The notes: generated by a model not told the origin, from the sequence alone. DNA of 48,211 bases from Deltaproteobacteria bacterium (GCA_024638705.1 JAHEJV010000003.1:1-48211), one strand, 5' to 3'. Positions 1 through 10,055 are shown, numbered from the stretch's first letter. Made by a program: numbers and translations.

Positions 1-2286
1 GCGGGCGACCGCGATCGTCTCCGCCATCGCGCCGAGATGCACCGGGATGTGCGGCGCGTTGGCCACGAGCCCGCCGTCTGCGTCGAACACGGCGCACGAG
101 TAGTCGAGCCGCTCCTTGATGTTCGTCGACACCGAGGTGTTGCGCAGGACGGCGCCCATCTGCTCCGCGATCGACATGCAGCGGTTGCCGAAGACTTCGA
201 GGCGCACCGGGTCGGCTTCTTCGAGGGCCGCGTGGTCCACCCGGGCCAGGTCGTCCACCCGCGCGGTTGCCGCCGTCGTGTCGTGCAGGTGCAGGACTCC
301 GTCTTCCGCGACCTGCAACCGGAACCCGGGATCGAGCGCCACGGTGCCGGTCGCCTCGAGGATCAAAGCCGGTCCTTCGAGGGTGTGCCCGACGGCGAGC
401 GCTTCGCGGGCGAAGACCGGCGTGTCGACGCGACCGGCCTCGGGGAACCAGACCGGTTCGCGGCGCAGCGGCGTCGGCGCGGAATCGTCGCGCGACGCCA
501 CCTCGACGCGGGGCGGCGCCGCGCCGGGCGCGAACACGCGCGCGCGCACTGTCACGATCTCGACCGCGTGCCCTTCGCGCTTGTAACCGAAGCGGGCCTC
601 GTGCTCCCGCGCGAAGGCGGCCAGCCAATTCCCGTCGTCGGGCTCCGCGACGGGGAGCGGTGTCTCGGTGCCGACGTGGCGCAGGTCGAGGCGGCGCTCG
701 ACGCGCACCGCGTCCGGGTCGGCCCCCTCGGCGAGGAGCGCATCGCGTCCCTCGCCTTCCAGCTCCCGCCAGGCTTCCCGCACCCTTCCCGGCACCGCGT
801 CGCCCGCCGCGGACAGCGGCGCCGCGCGCGCGTCGCGCTGTCCGTCCCAGGACGCCTCGGCGATCCCGATCCCCCAGGCCGAGAGGATCCCGGCGAGCGG
901 ATGCAGCAGCACGTCGCGCATGCCGAGCAAACGCGCGATTGCACAGACGTGCTGCCCGCCGGCGCCGCCGAAGCCGGCGAGCGCGCAGCCGCGTGGATCG
1001 ACGCCGCGCGCGATCGAAACCTGCGCGATCGCCTGGGCCATGCTCGCGTTGGCGACCTCGACGAAGCCCGCCGCCGCGTCGTCAGGGGTGCGGTCGAAGC
1101 CGGCTGCGCGCAGCGACGCACACAGCGTCGCGAGCGCCGCGTCGACCGGCTCGCGCACGACCGGGAAGGGAAAGCGGTCGGGCTGCACGCGACCGAGGAA
1201 GAGATTGACGTCGGTGAGCGCCAGCTCGCGCGCCGACGCGTCGCCATAACACAGCGGGCCCGGGTCGGCGCCGGCGCTCTCGGGACCTACGGTGAAGCGG
1301 AAGCCGTCGAAGCGGCACAGCGACCCGCCGCCCGCCGCCACCGTGTGGATGCGCAGCATCGGCGCCTTAACGCGCACGCCGCCCACCACGGTCTCGAAGC
1401 TGCGCGGCAGATCGCCCGGCTCGATCAGGGAGACATCGGTCGACGTGCCCCCCATGTCGAAGCCGACCGCGCGCGGAAAGCCGGCCTGTGCCGCCACCCG
1501 CGCCGCGCCGACCACCCCACCCGCCGGACCCGAGAGCAGCGCGTTCGGCCCGTGGAAGCGCTCGGCCGAGGTGAGTCCGCCGGAGCTCTGCATGAAGCGC
1601 AGCGACGCCTGCGGAAGCGCCGCGCGCAGGGCTTCGGAGTGACCGCGCAGCAGCGGCGTGAGGTAGGCGTCGGCCGTCGTCGTCTCGGCGCGCGCGAGCA
1701 ACCCGATCTCGTTGGCGACCTCGTGCGACGCGGCGACGTGCTCGAACCCGACCTCGCGCGCCAGCGCCGCGATCGCGCGCTCCATCTCGGGGAACGCCGT
1801 CGCGTGGATCAGCGCGATCGCCACGGCGCGCACGCCGCGATCGCGCGCGCGCTCGAGCCCCGCGCGCACGGCCTCCATGTCGAGCGCGCCGATCTCGCTG
1901 CCGTCCACCGCGACGCGTCCCGACACCTCGAGCCCCTCGGCCGGAAGCGGCACGGGCTTCTCGATCGCGAGGTCGAAGAGCGCGGGACGCTCCTGGGTGC
2001 CGATCGCGAGCAGATCCCCGAGTCCCTGGTGGGTGACGAAGAGCGTCGGCACGCCGCGCCGCTCGAGCAGCGCGTTCGTCGCGACCGTCGTGCCCATCTC
2101 GACGCGTGCCGCGGGCAGTGCGTCGCCCGGCGCGACCGCGCCCGCGCGTTCGAGGATCTCGCGGATCGCGACCACCGGCGCGTCGTCCGCCGAGAGCACC
2201 TTCGCCGTGTGCAGGACGCCGTCGGGCGCGATGCCGATCGCGTCGGTGAACGTGCCGCCGCGGTCGATCCAGAAGCGCCAGCTCAC
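1..2286 (-). CDS. 5-oxoprolinase / hydantoinase A+B family enzyme, N-terminal ~760 codons (gene continues past the window start)
   Basis: Absent from the ORF track because no stop lies inside the window. Reading the minus strand from GTG at 2286 gives [46 protein letters not shown]...[43 protein letters not shown], the characteristic hydantoinase/oxoprolinase N-terminus. The 869-aa plus-strand ORF 37..2646 is its Arg-rich antisense shadow. The GTG overlaps the murJ stop (GTGA at 2283-2286). Confidence 0.8.
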   Translation of the reverse strand, partial: MSWRFWIDRGGTFTDAIGIAPDGVLHTAKVLSADDAPVVAIREILERAGAVAPGDALPAARVEMGTTVATNALLERRGVPTLFVTHQGLGDLLAIGTQERPALFDLAIEKPVPLPAEGLEVSGRVAVDGSEIGALDMEAVRAGLERARDRGVRAVAIALIHATAFPEMERAIAALAREVGFEHVAASHEVANEIGLLARAETTTADAYLTPLLRGHSEALRAALPQASLRFMQSSGGLTSAERFHGPNALLSGPAGGVVGAARVAAQAGFPRAVGFDMGGTSTDVSLIEPGDLPRSFETVVGGVRVKAPMLRIHTVAAGGGSLCRFDGFRFTVGPESAGADPGPLCYGDASARELALTDVNLFLGRVQPDRFPFPVVREPVDAALATLCASLRAAGFDRTPDDAAAGFVEVANASMAQAIAQVSIARGVDPRGCALAGFGGAGGQHVCAIARLLGMRDVLLHPLAGILSAWGIGIAEASWDGQRDARAAPLSAAGDAVPGRVREAWRELEGEGRDALLAEGADPDAVRVERRLDLRHVGTETPLPVAEPDDGNWLAAFAREHEARFGYKREGHAVEIVTVRARVFAPGAAPPRVEVASRDDSAPTPLRREPVWFPEAGRVDTPVFAREALAVGHTLEGPALILEATGTVALDPGFRLQVAEDGVLHLHDTTAATARVDDLARVDHAALEEADPVRLEVFGNRCMSIAEQMGAVLRNTSVSTNIKERLDYSCAVFDADGGLVANAPHIPVHLGAMAETIAVAR

Positions 2287-3857
2287 GCGCCGCGGCTCCG
2301 TCGCATCAGTCGACGCAGAACCGCGGCGACGGCTTCGCGCTGCGGCGCGTCGCCCACCGCCTGGATGCCGAGCAGCGCGAGCCCGCCGAAGACCGCCCCG
2401 CCGACGGCGAGATCGAGCAGCGCGCCGACGAGCCCCGTCCCGAACGGCGGGATGACGAACGCCACGGTGCCCGAAACGCCCGCGATGGCGACGGCGCGCG
2501 TGCCGGTGCGCGCGAGCGCGTCGAGGGACGGACCGCCGTGCAGCGCGCGCAGCAGGAAGAGGGTGCCGCCCGCATTGATCGACATGCCGATCGCGCCGGC
2601 GGCGGCGAGGCCACGCGCGCCGTACTGGTTGCCGAGCCAGAAGTAGAGGACGACGGCGAGCGCAGCGATCACCGTGCCGAGCCACATCGGGCGCCAGGTG
2701 TCGCCGCGCGCGTAGAAGCCGCGCACCGCGATCTGCTGGACGATCCACGCCGGCACCGCAAAGGCGAAGATGGCGAGCAGTCCGGCGACGCGCAGCGTGT
2801 CCTCGGGCGTGAACTCACCGCCCTCGTAGACCACGCGCACGAGCGGCGTCGCAAAGACGAAGGCGGCGACCGCCCCGAAGCAGGCGAGCGTGACGCCGGC
2901 GCGCAGCGCGCCGAGCAGCGTCTCGTTCAGCTCCTCTTCCCGTCCTTCCGACGCGAGGCGCGCGAGCGTCGGCAGCGCGGCCGTCGCGATCGCCTGACCG
3001 ACGATCGCCACGGGCAGCTGCATCAGCACGCGCGCATAGCCGAGCGCGGCGATGCTGCCCGCGGCGAGCAGTCCGCCGAACCACTTGTCGTACCACTCGT
3101 CGACGGTGAGCAGCGTGACCCCGAGCATCAGGGGCAGCGCGGCGACGAGGTAGCTCCCCAGCGACGCATCGGTGAACGAGATGCGCGCGCCGAAGCGGAG
3201 CCCTTCCACCCGACGCGACTCGACCCACGCCGCGCCGAACGGCCCGAGCGCCGCGCCGAGCAGAGCGCCCCACGCGAACCCTTCGGCGCCGTGCTGCGCC
3301 CCGAAGAGCAGACCGCAGACGATGATCGCGCCGTTGTAGAGCAGCGGCGCGAGCGTCTGCGCCACGAAGTGCCCGCGCGCCATCAACGCCCCGCGCAGCA
3401 CGCCGCCGGTGATGAAGAAGATCTGGGCCGGGAGGACGATGCGGGTGAGCCGCACGGTGAGCTCGGTCTGCTCGGCATCGAAGCGCGGAAACTGGAGCGC
3501 GACGAGGCGGTCGGCGCCGAGCCACATCGCGATCGTCACCGCCACGGCGAGCGAACCCGTCGTGCCCATCACCACGGCGAGGAAGCGCTGGGCCGCGGCG
3601 TCGCCGTCTGCATCCCGGATCCGCGTGTAGAACGGGATGAACGCGATCGAGAGCGCGCCGCCGGCGAGGAAGTAGTTGAGCAGGTCGGGCAGCATGAAGG
3701 CGGCGCGGTAGGCGTCGACCTCCGCGCCGTTGCCGAGCAGGCGCGAGATCACGCCCTCGCGCACGTACCCGAGCACGCGCGACAGCGCGACGCTCACGGC
3801 GAGCACCGCTGCGATGACCCCGAACTTTCCGCGGGGCTCACTCACCCGGCACTCCAC
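2283..3857 (-). CDS. murJ: lipid II flippase MurJ (MviN family)
   Basis: 524-aa ORF. The N-terminus [53 protein letters not shown] matches the MurJ/MviN signature. It is a multi-pass hydrophobic protein with G/C-rich third positions. Start is GTG 3857 (alternative GTG 3845). Confidence 0.9.
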   Translation of the reverse strand: MECRVSEPRGKFGVIAAVLAVSVALSRVLGYVREGVISRLLGNGAEVDAYRAAFMLPDLLNYFLAGGALSIAFIPFYTRIRDADGDAAAQRFLAVVMGTTGSLAVAVTIAMWLGADRLVALQFPRFDAEQTELTVRLTRIVLPAQIFFITGGVLRGALMARGHFVAQTLAPLLYNGAIIVCGLLFGAQHGAEGFAWGALLGAALGPFGAAWVESRRVEGLRFGARISFTDASLGSYLVAALPLMLGVTLLTVDEWYDKWFGGLLAAGSIAALGYARVLMQLPVAIVGQAIATAALPTLARLASEGREEELNETLLGALRAGVTLACFGAVAAFVFATPLVRVVYEGGEFTPEDTLRVAGLLAIFAFAVPAWIVQQIAVRGFYARGDTWRPMWLGTVIAALAVVLYFWLGNQYGARGLAAAGAIGMSINAGGTLFLLRALHGGPSLDALARTGTRAVAIAGVSGTVAFVIPPFGTGLVGALLDLAVGGAVFGGLALLGIQAVGDAPQREAVAAVLRRLMRRSRGA

Positions 3858-3874
3858 TCACGCCGCTCTTCCAC

Positions 3875-5056
3875 TCACTCGGGATTCGGCTCCCGCCACA
3901 GGCGCCCGTCGTAGGACTCGACGATCACGTCGTCGCCCTCGCGCCCGCGCAGATAGGGATGGGCGAGCGGAACCTTGCCGTAGGGCGTGTCGAGCACGTA
4001 CTGGGGGATCGCGAAGCCGCTCGTGCGCCCCCGCATCTCCCGGAAGAGCGCGACGCCCTCCTCGATCGGAACGCGGAAATGCGCGGTTCCTTCGAGGAGT
4101 TGCGCCTGATACGTGTAGTAGGGCCTCACCCGGAGGCGGACGAGCTGCTCGCACAGCGCCTGCATCGTCGCGACGTCGTCGTTGATCCCGCGCAGCAGCA
4201 CGCTCTGGTTGCCGACCGGGATCCCGGCGTCGGCGAGCTTCGTCAGCGCTTCCTCCGCCTCGGCGGTGAGTTCGCGCGGATGGTTGAAGTGGGTGTTCAA
4301 CCAGATGGGGTGGAAGTCGCGGAGCATCCGACACAGGTCGTCGGTGACGCGGAAGGGCAGCGTCACGGGCAGGCGCGTGCCGAGGCGCACGATCTCGACG
4401 TGCGGAATGGCGCGCAGCTCGCCGATCAGCCAGGCGAGGCGGTCGTCGGAATAGACGAGGGGGTCGCCGCCGGTCAGCAGCACGTCGCGGATCGCCGGCG
4501 TCGCGCGGATCCAGTCGAGCGCCTCGCCGAGCTCGCGCTTCTTCATCGCCCACTCGGGCTCGCCCACCATCCGCTTGCGCAGACAGAAGCGGCAGTAGAG
4601 CGCGCACTCGTTGTTCACGCAGAAGGCGATCCGGTCGGGGTAGACGCGGATCACGTTCTTCACCGGCGAGTGCGCGACCTCGTCGAGGGGATCGGCGAGC
4701 CCGGCGGCGTCGTCGAGCTCGGCGATGTGGGGCACGACCTGGCGGCGGATCGGACACGCCGGATCGTCCGGGTCCATCAGGGCCGCGTAGTAGGGCGTGA
4801 TCACGAAGTGGAAGCGCGCGGCGAGCTTCGCGATGCCCTCGCGCTCTTTGGGGGTCGGGTCGAGAAAGTGCTCGAGGGCCTCGGCGGTGCGGATGCGGTG
4901 CTGCATCTGCCACGTCCAGTCCCGCCAGTCGACTTCGCTCGGCTGCGCCTCGCTGCGCGCGGCCTTCGGCGGCACGCTTTCGTGAACTTCGCTCGGCTTC
5001 GCCTCGCTGCGCGCGGCCTTCGGCCGCTTGCGGTCGCCGCCAGGGATGCCGGTCAT
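3875..5056 (-). CDS. kamA: KamA-family radical SAM aminomutase (lysine 2,3-aminomutase-like)
   Basis: C-terminal part of track ORF 3875..6199. It has DWRDWTWQMQHRI (compare clostridial KamA DWNDWRWQVRNRI, from memory). It has the radical-SAM cluster CALYCRFC, then VLLTGGDPL, PHVEIVRLGTR, WLNTHFNHP, GNQSVLLRG and VRPYYTYQ. The ATG at 5054-5056 overlaps the upstream gene's stop (ATGA). The start is uncertain: an in-frame GTG near 4977 is an alternative, because the first ~45 codons are made of repeat-element copies. Confidence 0.85.
   Translation of the reverse strand: MTGIPGGDRKRPKAARSEAKPSEVHESVPPKAARSEAQPSEVDWRDWTWQMQHRIRTAEALEHFLDPTPKEREGIAKLAARFHFVITPYYAALMDPDDPACPIRRQVVPHIAELDDAAGLADPLDEVAHSPVKNVIRVYPDRIAFCVNNECALYCRFCLRKRMVGEPEWAMKKRELGEALDWIRATPAIRDVLLTGGDPLVYSDDRLAWLIGELRAIPHVEIVRLGTRLPVTLPFRVTDDLCRMLRDFHPIWLNTHFNHPRELTAEAEEALTKLADAGIPVGNQSVLLRGINDDVATMQALCEQLVRLRVRPYYTYQAQLLEGTAHFRVPIEEGVALFREMRGRTSGFAIPQYVLDTPYGKVPLAHPYLRGREGDDVIVESYDGRLWREPNPE
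4928..5031 (-). repeat. two tandem copies (54-bp period) of the dispersed hairpin + GCGCGCAGCGAG element, inside the 5' end of the kamA ORF
   Basis: Minus strand reads GCAAGCGGCCGAAGGCCGCGCGCAGCGAGGCGAAGCCGAGCGAAGTTCACGAAAGC, then GTGCCGCCGAAGGCCGCGCGCAGCGAGGCGCAGCCGAGCGAAGTCGAC. Both align with the copies at 10045, 21397 and 41184. In the kamA frame they translate as KAARSEAKPSEV / KAARSEAQPSEV. Confidence 0.8.
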
Positions 5057-6090
5057 CGCGCGAACCCCGCTCGCTCGAGCGCCTCGCGCAACACGTCGGC
5101 GAGGAGGTCGGCGGTGTCGCGGCCTGCGAGCTCGGCGAGGATTCCGAACGAGCCGTCGGGCGCGAAGGTGGGAAGCGGATTCATTTCGAGGAAGTGCGGC
5201 CGGCCGTTCGCGTCGAGCCTGAAGTCGGCCCGGGCGTAGTCGCGACACTCCAGCGCGTCGAAGGCGCGCAGCGCGAGCGTTTGCAGCTCGTGCTCGAGCG
5301 CGGCGTCGAGAACGCCGGGCGTGACGGCCTGCCAGCCCGCCTCGGGCGCCGGGTGACGCTCCACCGCGTGCACACCGATGCCGGTCGTCGTCTCCAGTGC
5401 GCGCTGCAGCACCGGAAGCGCGCGCGGTGGCGCGTGCCCCACGATCGTCACCGTGTACTCCGCGCCGGGAAGGAAGCGCTCGACCAGCGCCGGCTGGTGG
5501 TAGTCGCGCTCGATCCGGGCCACGGCGGAGGCCAACGAGGCGGCGTCCTCCACCCGCGAGTGCGGCCCGATCCCCTTTGCCGTCCCTTCCCATCTCGGTT
5601 TCACGAAGAGCGGGAACTTCCATCCATCGCTCGTGTTTTCGAGGTCGCTCCCCGTCAGGACGCGCGGCGACGGCACCGGGACACCCGCCTGGGCCACGCG
5701 CGCGTGCGCCCAGGCCTTGTCGAGGGAAACGGCAAGGGCCAGCGCGTCCGACCCGAGGCAGGGAATCCCCGCCATCTCGAGCAGGACCGGCGCCCAGCTC
5801 TCCCGGTTCCGGCCCCCGTAGCCCTCGGCGATCGTCATCGCGACGTCCACCGGAGGCGTCTCCCCCTTGCCGATCGCGGCGAGCAGCGCGTGCGGATTGC
5901 CGAGCCGCACCGGCGCGTGCCCGAGCCGACGCACCGCCTCCTCGAGCCCCTCGACGGTCGCCTCGGGCTCGTACTCGGCGTCGAGGTCGAAGGGCGCGTC
6001 GGGCCGCGGCGGGTGGGTGCCCAACAGGTCGTAGACGATCCCGACGCGCAGCGGCTGCGATCGGGTGGGACGGGAATCCGGGTCCGGCAC
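5053..6090 (-). CDS. D-alanine--D-alanine ligase family ATP-grasp protein
   Basis: C-terminal part of track ORF 5053..6870. LRVGIVYDLL...EYEPEATVEGLEEAVRRLGH...DKAWAHARVAQAGVPVP...FPLFVKPRWEGTAKGI...YARADFRLDANGRPHFLEMNPLP is a Ddl-like ATP-grasp layout. The start is placed at GTG 6090 (MPDPDSRPTRSQPLRVGIV), because the plus-strand VanZ-like gene begins at 6139. The upstream part of the track ORF is Arg/Gly-rich shadow. Confidence 0.78.
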   Translation of the reverse strand: MPDPDSRPTRSQPLRVGIVYDLLGTHPPRPDAPFDLDAEYEPEATVEGLEEAVRRLGHAPVRLGNPHALLAAIGKGETPPVDVAMTIAEGYGGRNRESWAPVLLEMAGIPCLGSDALALAVSLDKAWAHARVAQAGVPVPSPRVLTGSDLENTSDGWKFPLFVKPRWEGTAKGIGPHSRVEDAASLASAVARIERDYHQPALVERFLPGAEYTVTIVGHAPPRALPVLQRALETTTGIGVHAVERHPAPEAGWQAVTPGVLDAALEHELQTLALRAFDALECRDYARADFRLDANGRPHFLEMNPLPTFAPDGSFGILAELAGRDTADLLADVLREALERAGFAR

Positions 6091-6138
6091 CGCGGCAGGA
6101 TACCGACCGCGCGCGGGCGCGGAAGCTAACGTCCCGCC

Positions 6139-6636
6139 GTGCGCTCCCGCCCTGCTCCGAACGCCGCCGTCTCCGCGCCGTCGCGCGCACGGGTCGCATT
6201 CGCGTGGGGCGCCGTCGTCGCGTGGATCGCCCTCGTGTGGTGGCTCGGCAGCGGCGACTTCAACGCTACGACCACCTCGCGGATTCTCGACCCCCTGGTC
6301 CGTTGGCTGCTGCCCGACCTCCCGCCGGCCGACCGCTTCGCGCTGCTCGGCGCGATCCGCAAGCTCGCGCACCCGGTCGTCTACGGCGTGCTCGCCGGCC
6401 TCGCGTTCGCGGCTTCCCGCGTGTCGCGCTTCGATCCCCCCTGGCGGTCCGCGGCGGTCGCGTTCGTCCTCGCGCTCGCCACCGCCTCCTTCGACGAAGC
6501 GCGTCAGGCGCAGGTCGCCTCGCGCACCGGCGCGCTCGGCGACGTCGGCCTCGACGCCGCCGGCGCGATCGCCACGCTCGCCGTCGCCCTCTCGTGGACG
6601 CACCTGCGCCCTCGCCCCCCGCTCGAAGGAGGCTGA
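6139..6636 (+). CDS. VanZ-like family membrane protein
   Basis: 165-aa ORF with 4 hydrophobic segments. Shows the VanZ-like pattern IRKLAHPVVYGVLAGL ... SFDEARQAQVASRTGALGDVGLDAAGA (K-x-x-H, D-E-x-x-Q, R..D). Divergent from the ATP-grasp gene across a 48-bp spacer. Confidence 0.7.
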   Translation: MRSRPAPNAAVSAPSRARVAFAWGAVVAWIALVWWLGSGDFNATTTSRILDPLVRWLLPDLPPADRFALLGAIRKLAHPVVYGVLAGLAFAASRVSRFDPPWRSAAVAFVLALATASFDEARQAQVASRTGALGDVGLDAAGAIATLAVALSWTHLRPRPPLEGG

Positions 6637-6637
6637 A

Positions 6638-8287
6638 GTGTCCGACGCCCAGTCCCGCGGCCGGCTGCTCGACGCGGTCGAACGGATCGGCAACGCCCTG
6701 CCCGACCCGACGACGCTCTTCGCGATCGGCGCCGTGCTGGTGGCGGTGGCCGCGGAGATCGCCGTCGTCACCGACTGGACCGTGTCGCGGCCCGAGTCGC
6801 GCGCCGTCACCACCGCCGTGCTCGACGCCACCGGCGACCCGGTGCTCGGCGCGGACGGGTCGCCGGTCACGACGCCCGTGCTCGACGAGGCCGGGCGTCC
6901 GCGGATGGAGCGCGTCGATCGCGAGGTGCGCGCGAAGAGCCTCTTCTCGACCGACGGCGTCTACTGGATGCTCGCGAGCCTGGTCGACAACTTCGTCGCC
7001 TTCCCGCCTCTCGGCGTCGTGCTGGTGGGGATGCTCGGCATCGGGATGGCGGAGCGCACCGGCTTCATCGGTGCGTTGCTGCGCGCCGTGCTCGTCGCGG
7101 TGCCGCCGGGCCTCCTGACCCCGACCGTGTTCTTCGTGGGCGTGATGTCTTCGATGGGCCTCGACGCGGGTTATGTCGTCCTCCCACCCGTGGCGGCGGC
7201 GCTCTTCCAGGCGAGCGGACGCTCCCCGCTGGTCGGGCTGGCCGCCGTGTTCGCCGGCGTCTCCGCCGGATTCAGCGCGAACCTCTTCCCCACCAGCCTC
7301 GATCCGCTGCTCGGCGAGTTCTCGACCGCGAGCGCGCAGCTCCTCGATCCGGGCTACGAGGTCGCCGCCACCGCGAACCTGGGGTTCATGATCGCGTCGA
7401 CGTTCCTGCTCACCGTCGTCGGGTGGGCGGTGACGTCGCTCTGGGTGGAGCCGCGCTATGCGACGAAGTCGCCCGAGGACGGCGGCGCGAACCCGGACGG
7501 AGCCGATGCCGGCGCCATGACCCTGGCGCCGGAAGAGCGCAGCGCACTGGTGCGCGCCACCTGGGTCGCGGCGGCGGCGCTCGGCGTGGTGGCGCTCGCC
7601 ACCCTCGTCCCGGGCATGCCCCTGCACGGGATGGACGGGAAGTTTCCGCGCTGGGTGCGCGTGATCGTGCCGATCCTCTTCCTCGGCTTCCTGCTCCCGG
7701 GCCTCGTCTACGGATTCGCGATCGGGAAGCTCCAGAACGACCGCGACGTCGCGACGATCTTCGGCGAGACGATGGCCGGGATGGGTCCGTACATCGTGCT
7801 CGCGTTCTTCGCGGCCCAGTTCATCGCGTGGTTCGCGCACTCGAACCTCGGCGAGATGCTCGCGATCACCGGCGGTCGTCAGCTCGCGAGCGCCGGCTTG
7901 CCGCCGGCCGCCCTGATGGTCGGCTTCATCGTCGTGGTCGGGATCGGCAACCTCTTCATCGGTTCGATGTCGGCGAAGTACGCGTTCTTCGCCCCGGTGT
8001 TCGTGCCGATGTTCATGCAGGCCGGCATCAGCCCCGAGCTCACGCAGGTCGCCTATCGCGTGGGCGACTCGGTGACGAACGTGATCACCCCGCTCAATCC
8101 CTACGTCGTGATCATCCTCACCTTCATGCACCGCTACGTGCCGCGGGCGGGGATCGGAACGCTGGTCGCGCTGATGCTGCCCTACGCGGTGGCGTTCGGC
8201 CTGATCTGGAGCCTCATGCTGGCGGTCTGGGTCGGCCTCGGAATCCCGCTCTCCGGCGAGGGGCCGCTCTTCTACACCGCGCCCTGA
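6638..8287 (+). CDS. AbgT family transporter (aminobenzoyl-glutamate/dipeptide-like transporter family)
   Basis: C-terminal part of track ORF 6065..8287. GTG 6638 lies 1 nt after the VanZ stop and is preceded by GAAGGAGG. RLLDAVERIGNALPDPTTLFAIGAVLV, FAPVFVPMFMQAGISPELTQVAYRVGDSVTNVITPLNPY and LMLPYAVAFGLIWSLML resemble E. coli AbgT (ERIGNKVPHP, IFVPMFM, RIADSS; from memory). Confidence 0.85.
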   Translation: MSDAQSRGRLLDAVERIGNALPDPTTLFAIGAVLVAVAAEIAVVTDWTVSRPESRAVTTAVLDATGDPVLGADGSPVTTPVLDEAGRPRMERVDREVRAKSLFSTDGVYWMLASLVDNFVAFPPLGVVLVGMLGIGMAERTGFIGALLRAVLVAVPPGLLTPTVFFVGVMSSMGLDAGYVVLPPVAAALFQASGRSPLVGLAAVFAGVSAGFSANLFPTSLDPLLGEFSTASAQLLDPGYEVAATANLGFMIASTFLLTVVGWAVTSLWVEPRYATKSPEDGGANPDGADAGAMTLAPEERSALVRATWVAAAALGVVALATLVPGMPLHGMDGKFPRWVRVIVPILFLGFLLPGLVYGFAIGKLQNDRDVATIFGETMAGMGPYIVLAFFAAQFIAWFAHSNLGEMLAITGGRQLASAGLPPAALMVGFIVVVGIGNLFIGSMSAKYAFFAPVFVPMFMQAGISPELTQVAYRVGDSVTNVITPLNPYVVIILTFMHRYVPRAGIGTLVALMLPYAVAFGLIWSLMLAVWVGLGIPLSGEGPLFYTAP

Positions 8288-8402
8288 CCCCCATGAGCGC
8301 CGCCCCGGACACCGAATGCCGCAGCCCCGTAGCCTGACCGCGTGGTAGCGTAGGCGCGCCTCGGCCCCGAGCCGCCCCGCGTTTCGCATCCGGAGGACCC
8401 CG

Positions 8403-10055
8403 ATGTCCCAGAGCTTCGAAGAGGTCGCGCAGAACCTGACCGCGCCCGGCGCCCCGTTCGAGGTCGTGACCGAGACGGTGAACGACCGGCCGATGAAGGT
8501 GTTCAAGAACCGCGAGCGGTCGCTGCGCGAGAAGGTCGCCGCCGCGGCCGAGCGCGGCGACGTGCCCTTCATGGTGCAGGGCGACAACCGGGTTTCCTAC
8601 GGCGAGTTCGGCCAGCGCGCCTGGGGCGCGGCGCGCGCCCTCACCCACGACCACGGCCTCGCGAAGGGCGATCGCTTCGCGATCCTCTCCTACAACTGTC
8701 CCGAGTGGATCGTCGCGCTCTTCGGCGCCACCTCCGCCGGCGCGATCGGCGTCGGCCTCAACGGCTGGTGGGCCACCGAGGAGATCGAGTACGGCCTGAA
8801 CGACTCGGGCAGCCGCTTCCTCGTCGTCGACGCCCGTCTCTATCCGCGCGTCGAGCCGCTGCTCGGGAAGATCGAATCCCTCGAGAAGGTGTTCTTCATC
8901 GGCGACGACCCGCCCGAAGTCGCGATCGCAGAGGACGACCCCTTCGTCATCCTCTACACGTCCGGCACGACGGGTCGCTCGAAGGGCTGCATCACCACCC
9001 ACCGCGGCACGATCGCCCAGGTGACGGGCATCATGTTCTCGAACCTGGTCGGCGCCGCGACGTCGGGGCGCTCGCTGCTGCCCTCGGGAGGATCGCAACC
9101 CGCGGGCCTGTTCACCTCTCCGCTCTTCCACGTCGGCGGATTGCACTCGGTGGTGTGCACCCAGATGTCGATCGGCGCGAAGCTCGTGTTCAGCGCCGGA
9201 AAGTTCGACGCTGAAGAGTGCATGCGCCTCATCCAGGACGAGAGGATCTCGATCTGGAGCGCGATCCCGACGATGCTCCACCGCGTCGTCCATCATCCGA
9301 AGGTGGGCGACTACGACCTCTCGACGCTCAAGGGAATCTCCTTCGGCGGCGCGCCGACCGCGCCCGAGACGATCGACAAGGCGCGCGAGGTGCTGCCGAT
9401 CGAGCCGAGCTTCGCGAACGCCTACGGACTCACCGAGACCCACGGTGTCGCCACGGTGAACGGCGGCAAGGATCTGCTCGCGAAGAAGACGTCGGCGGGC
9501 CGACCGCTGCCGATCCTCGACGTGAAGATCGTCGACCCGGAAGGCAAGGAAGTGCCCGACGGCCAGCTCGGCGAGCTGGTGATCTACGGCCCGACGATCA
9601 CCCCCGGCTACTGGAACCGCCCGGACGCGACCGCCGAGACGGTCGTCGAAGGCTGGCTCCAGACCGGCGACCTCGGCTACCGCGACGCGGAAGGCTTCCT
9701 CTTCGTGGTCGACCGCGCGAAGGACATGATCCTGCGCGGCGGCGAGAACGTGTACTGCACCGAGATCGAGAACTGTCTCGCCGACCATCCCGAGATCGAC
9801 GAGGCGGCCGTCGTCGGCGTGCCCGACGCCGAGCTCGGCGAGCGCGTGAAGGCGATCGTGCGGCGCGTCCCCGGCTCGACGCTCTCCGACGCGGGCGTCC
9901 GCAAACACGTCGCCGCCCACATGGCGAGCTTCAAGGTGCCCGAGTTCGTCGAGTTCACCGACGAGCTGCTCCCGCGCAACGCGGCCGGGAAGCTGTTGAA
10001 GAACGCCCTGCGCGGAAAGGGCGCGGTGCCTTTCGACACGAAGAACCTGGGCTAG
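8403..10055 (+). CDS. AMP-dependent acyl-CoA synthetase/ligase (class I adenylate-forming enzyme)
   Basis: 550-aa ORF. Has the AMP-binding motif ILYTSGTTGRSKGC, then YGLTET, LQTGDLGYRDAEGFLFVVDRAKDMILRGGENVY and a C-terminal AAGKLLK. SD GGAGGA lies upstream of the ATG. Confidence 0.85.
   Translation: MSQSFEEVAQNLTAPGAPFEVVTETVNDRPMKVFKNRERSLREKVAAAAERGDVPFMVQGDNRVSYGEFGQRAWGAARALTHDHGLAKGDRFAILSYNCPEWIVALFGATSAGAIGVGLNGWWATEEIEYGLNDSGSRFLVVDARLYPRVEPLLGKIESLEKVFFIGDDPPEVAIAEDDPFVILYTSGTTGRSKGCITTHRGTIAQVTGIMFSNLVGAATSGRSLLPSGGSQPAGLFTSPLFHVGGLHSVVCTQMSIGAKLVFSAGKFDAEECMRLIQDERISIWSAIPTMLHRVVHHPKVGDYDLSTLKGISFGGAPTAPETIDKAREVLPIEPSFANAYGLTETHGVATVNGGKDLLAKKTSAGRPLPILDVKIVDPEGKEVPDGQLGELVIYGPTITPGYWNRPDATAETVVEGWLQTGDLGYRDAEGFLFVVDRAKDMILRGGENVYCTEIENCLADHPEIDEAAVVGVPDAELGERVKAIVRRVPGSTLSDAGVRKHVAAHMASFKVPEFVEFTDELLPRNAAGKLLKNALRGKGAVPFDTKNLG

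Noticed and set aside
37-2646. Very long Arg/Gly/Asp/His-rich ORFs in the track. Examples: 37..2646+, 2538..3914+, 6266..8587-, 8214..11450-, 11828..13771-, 25433..27817-, 26584..28539-, 34941..37109-, 36858..40004+, 36943..39600-, 41146..43527+, 42438..44741-, 42494..44857+ and 45774..47039+.
   Set aside because: Each lies antisense or out of frame to a gene with a clear family signature. Their compositions (runs of R, G, D, H, P and few hydrophobic cores) are typical shadow ORFs of GC-rich DNA. Their codon third positions are not G/C-biased the way the accepted frames are.
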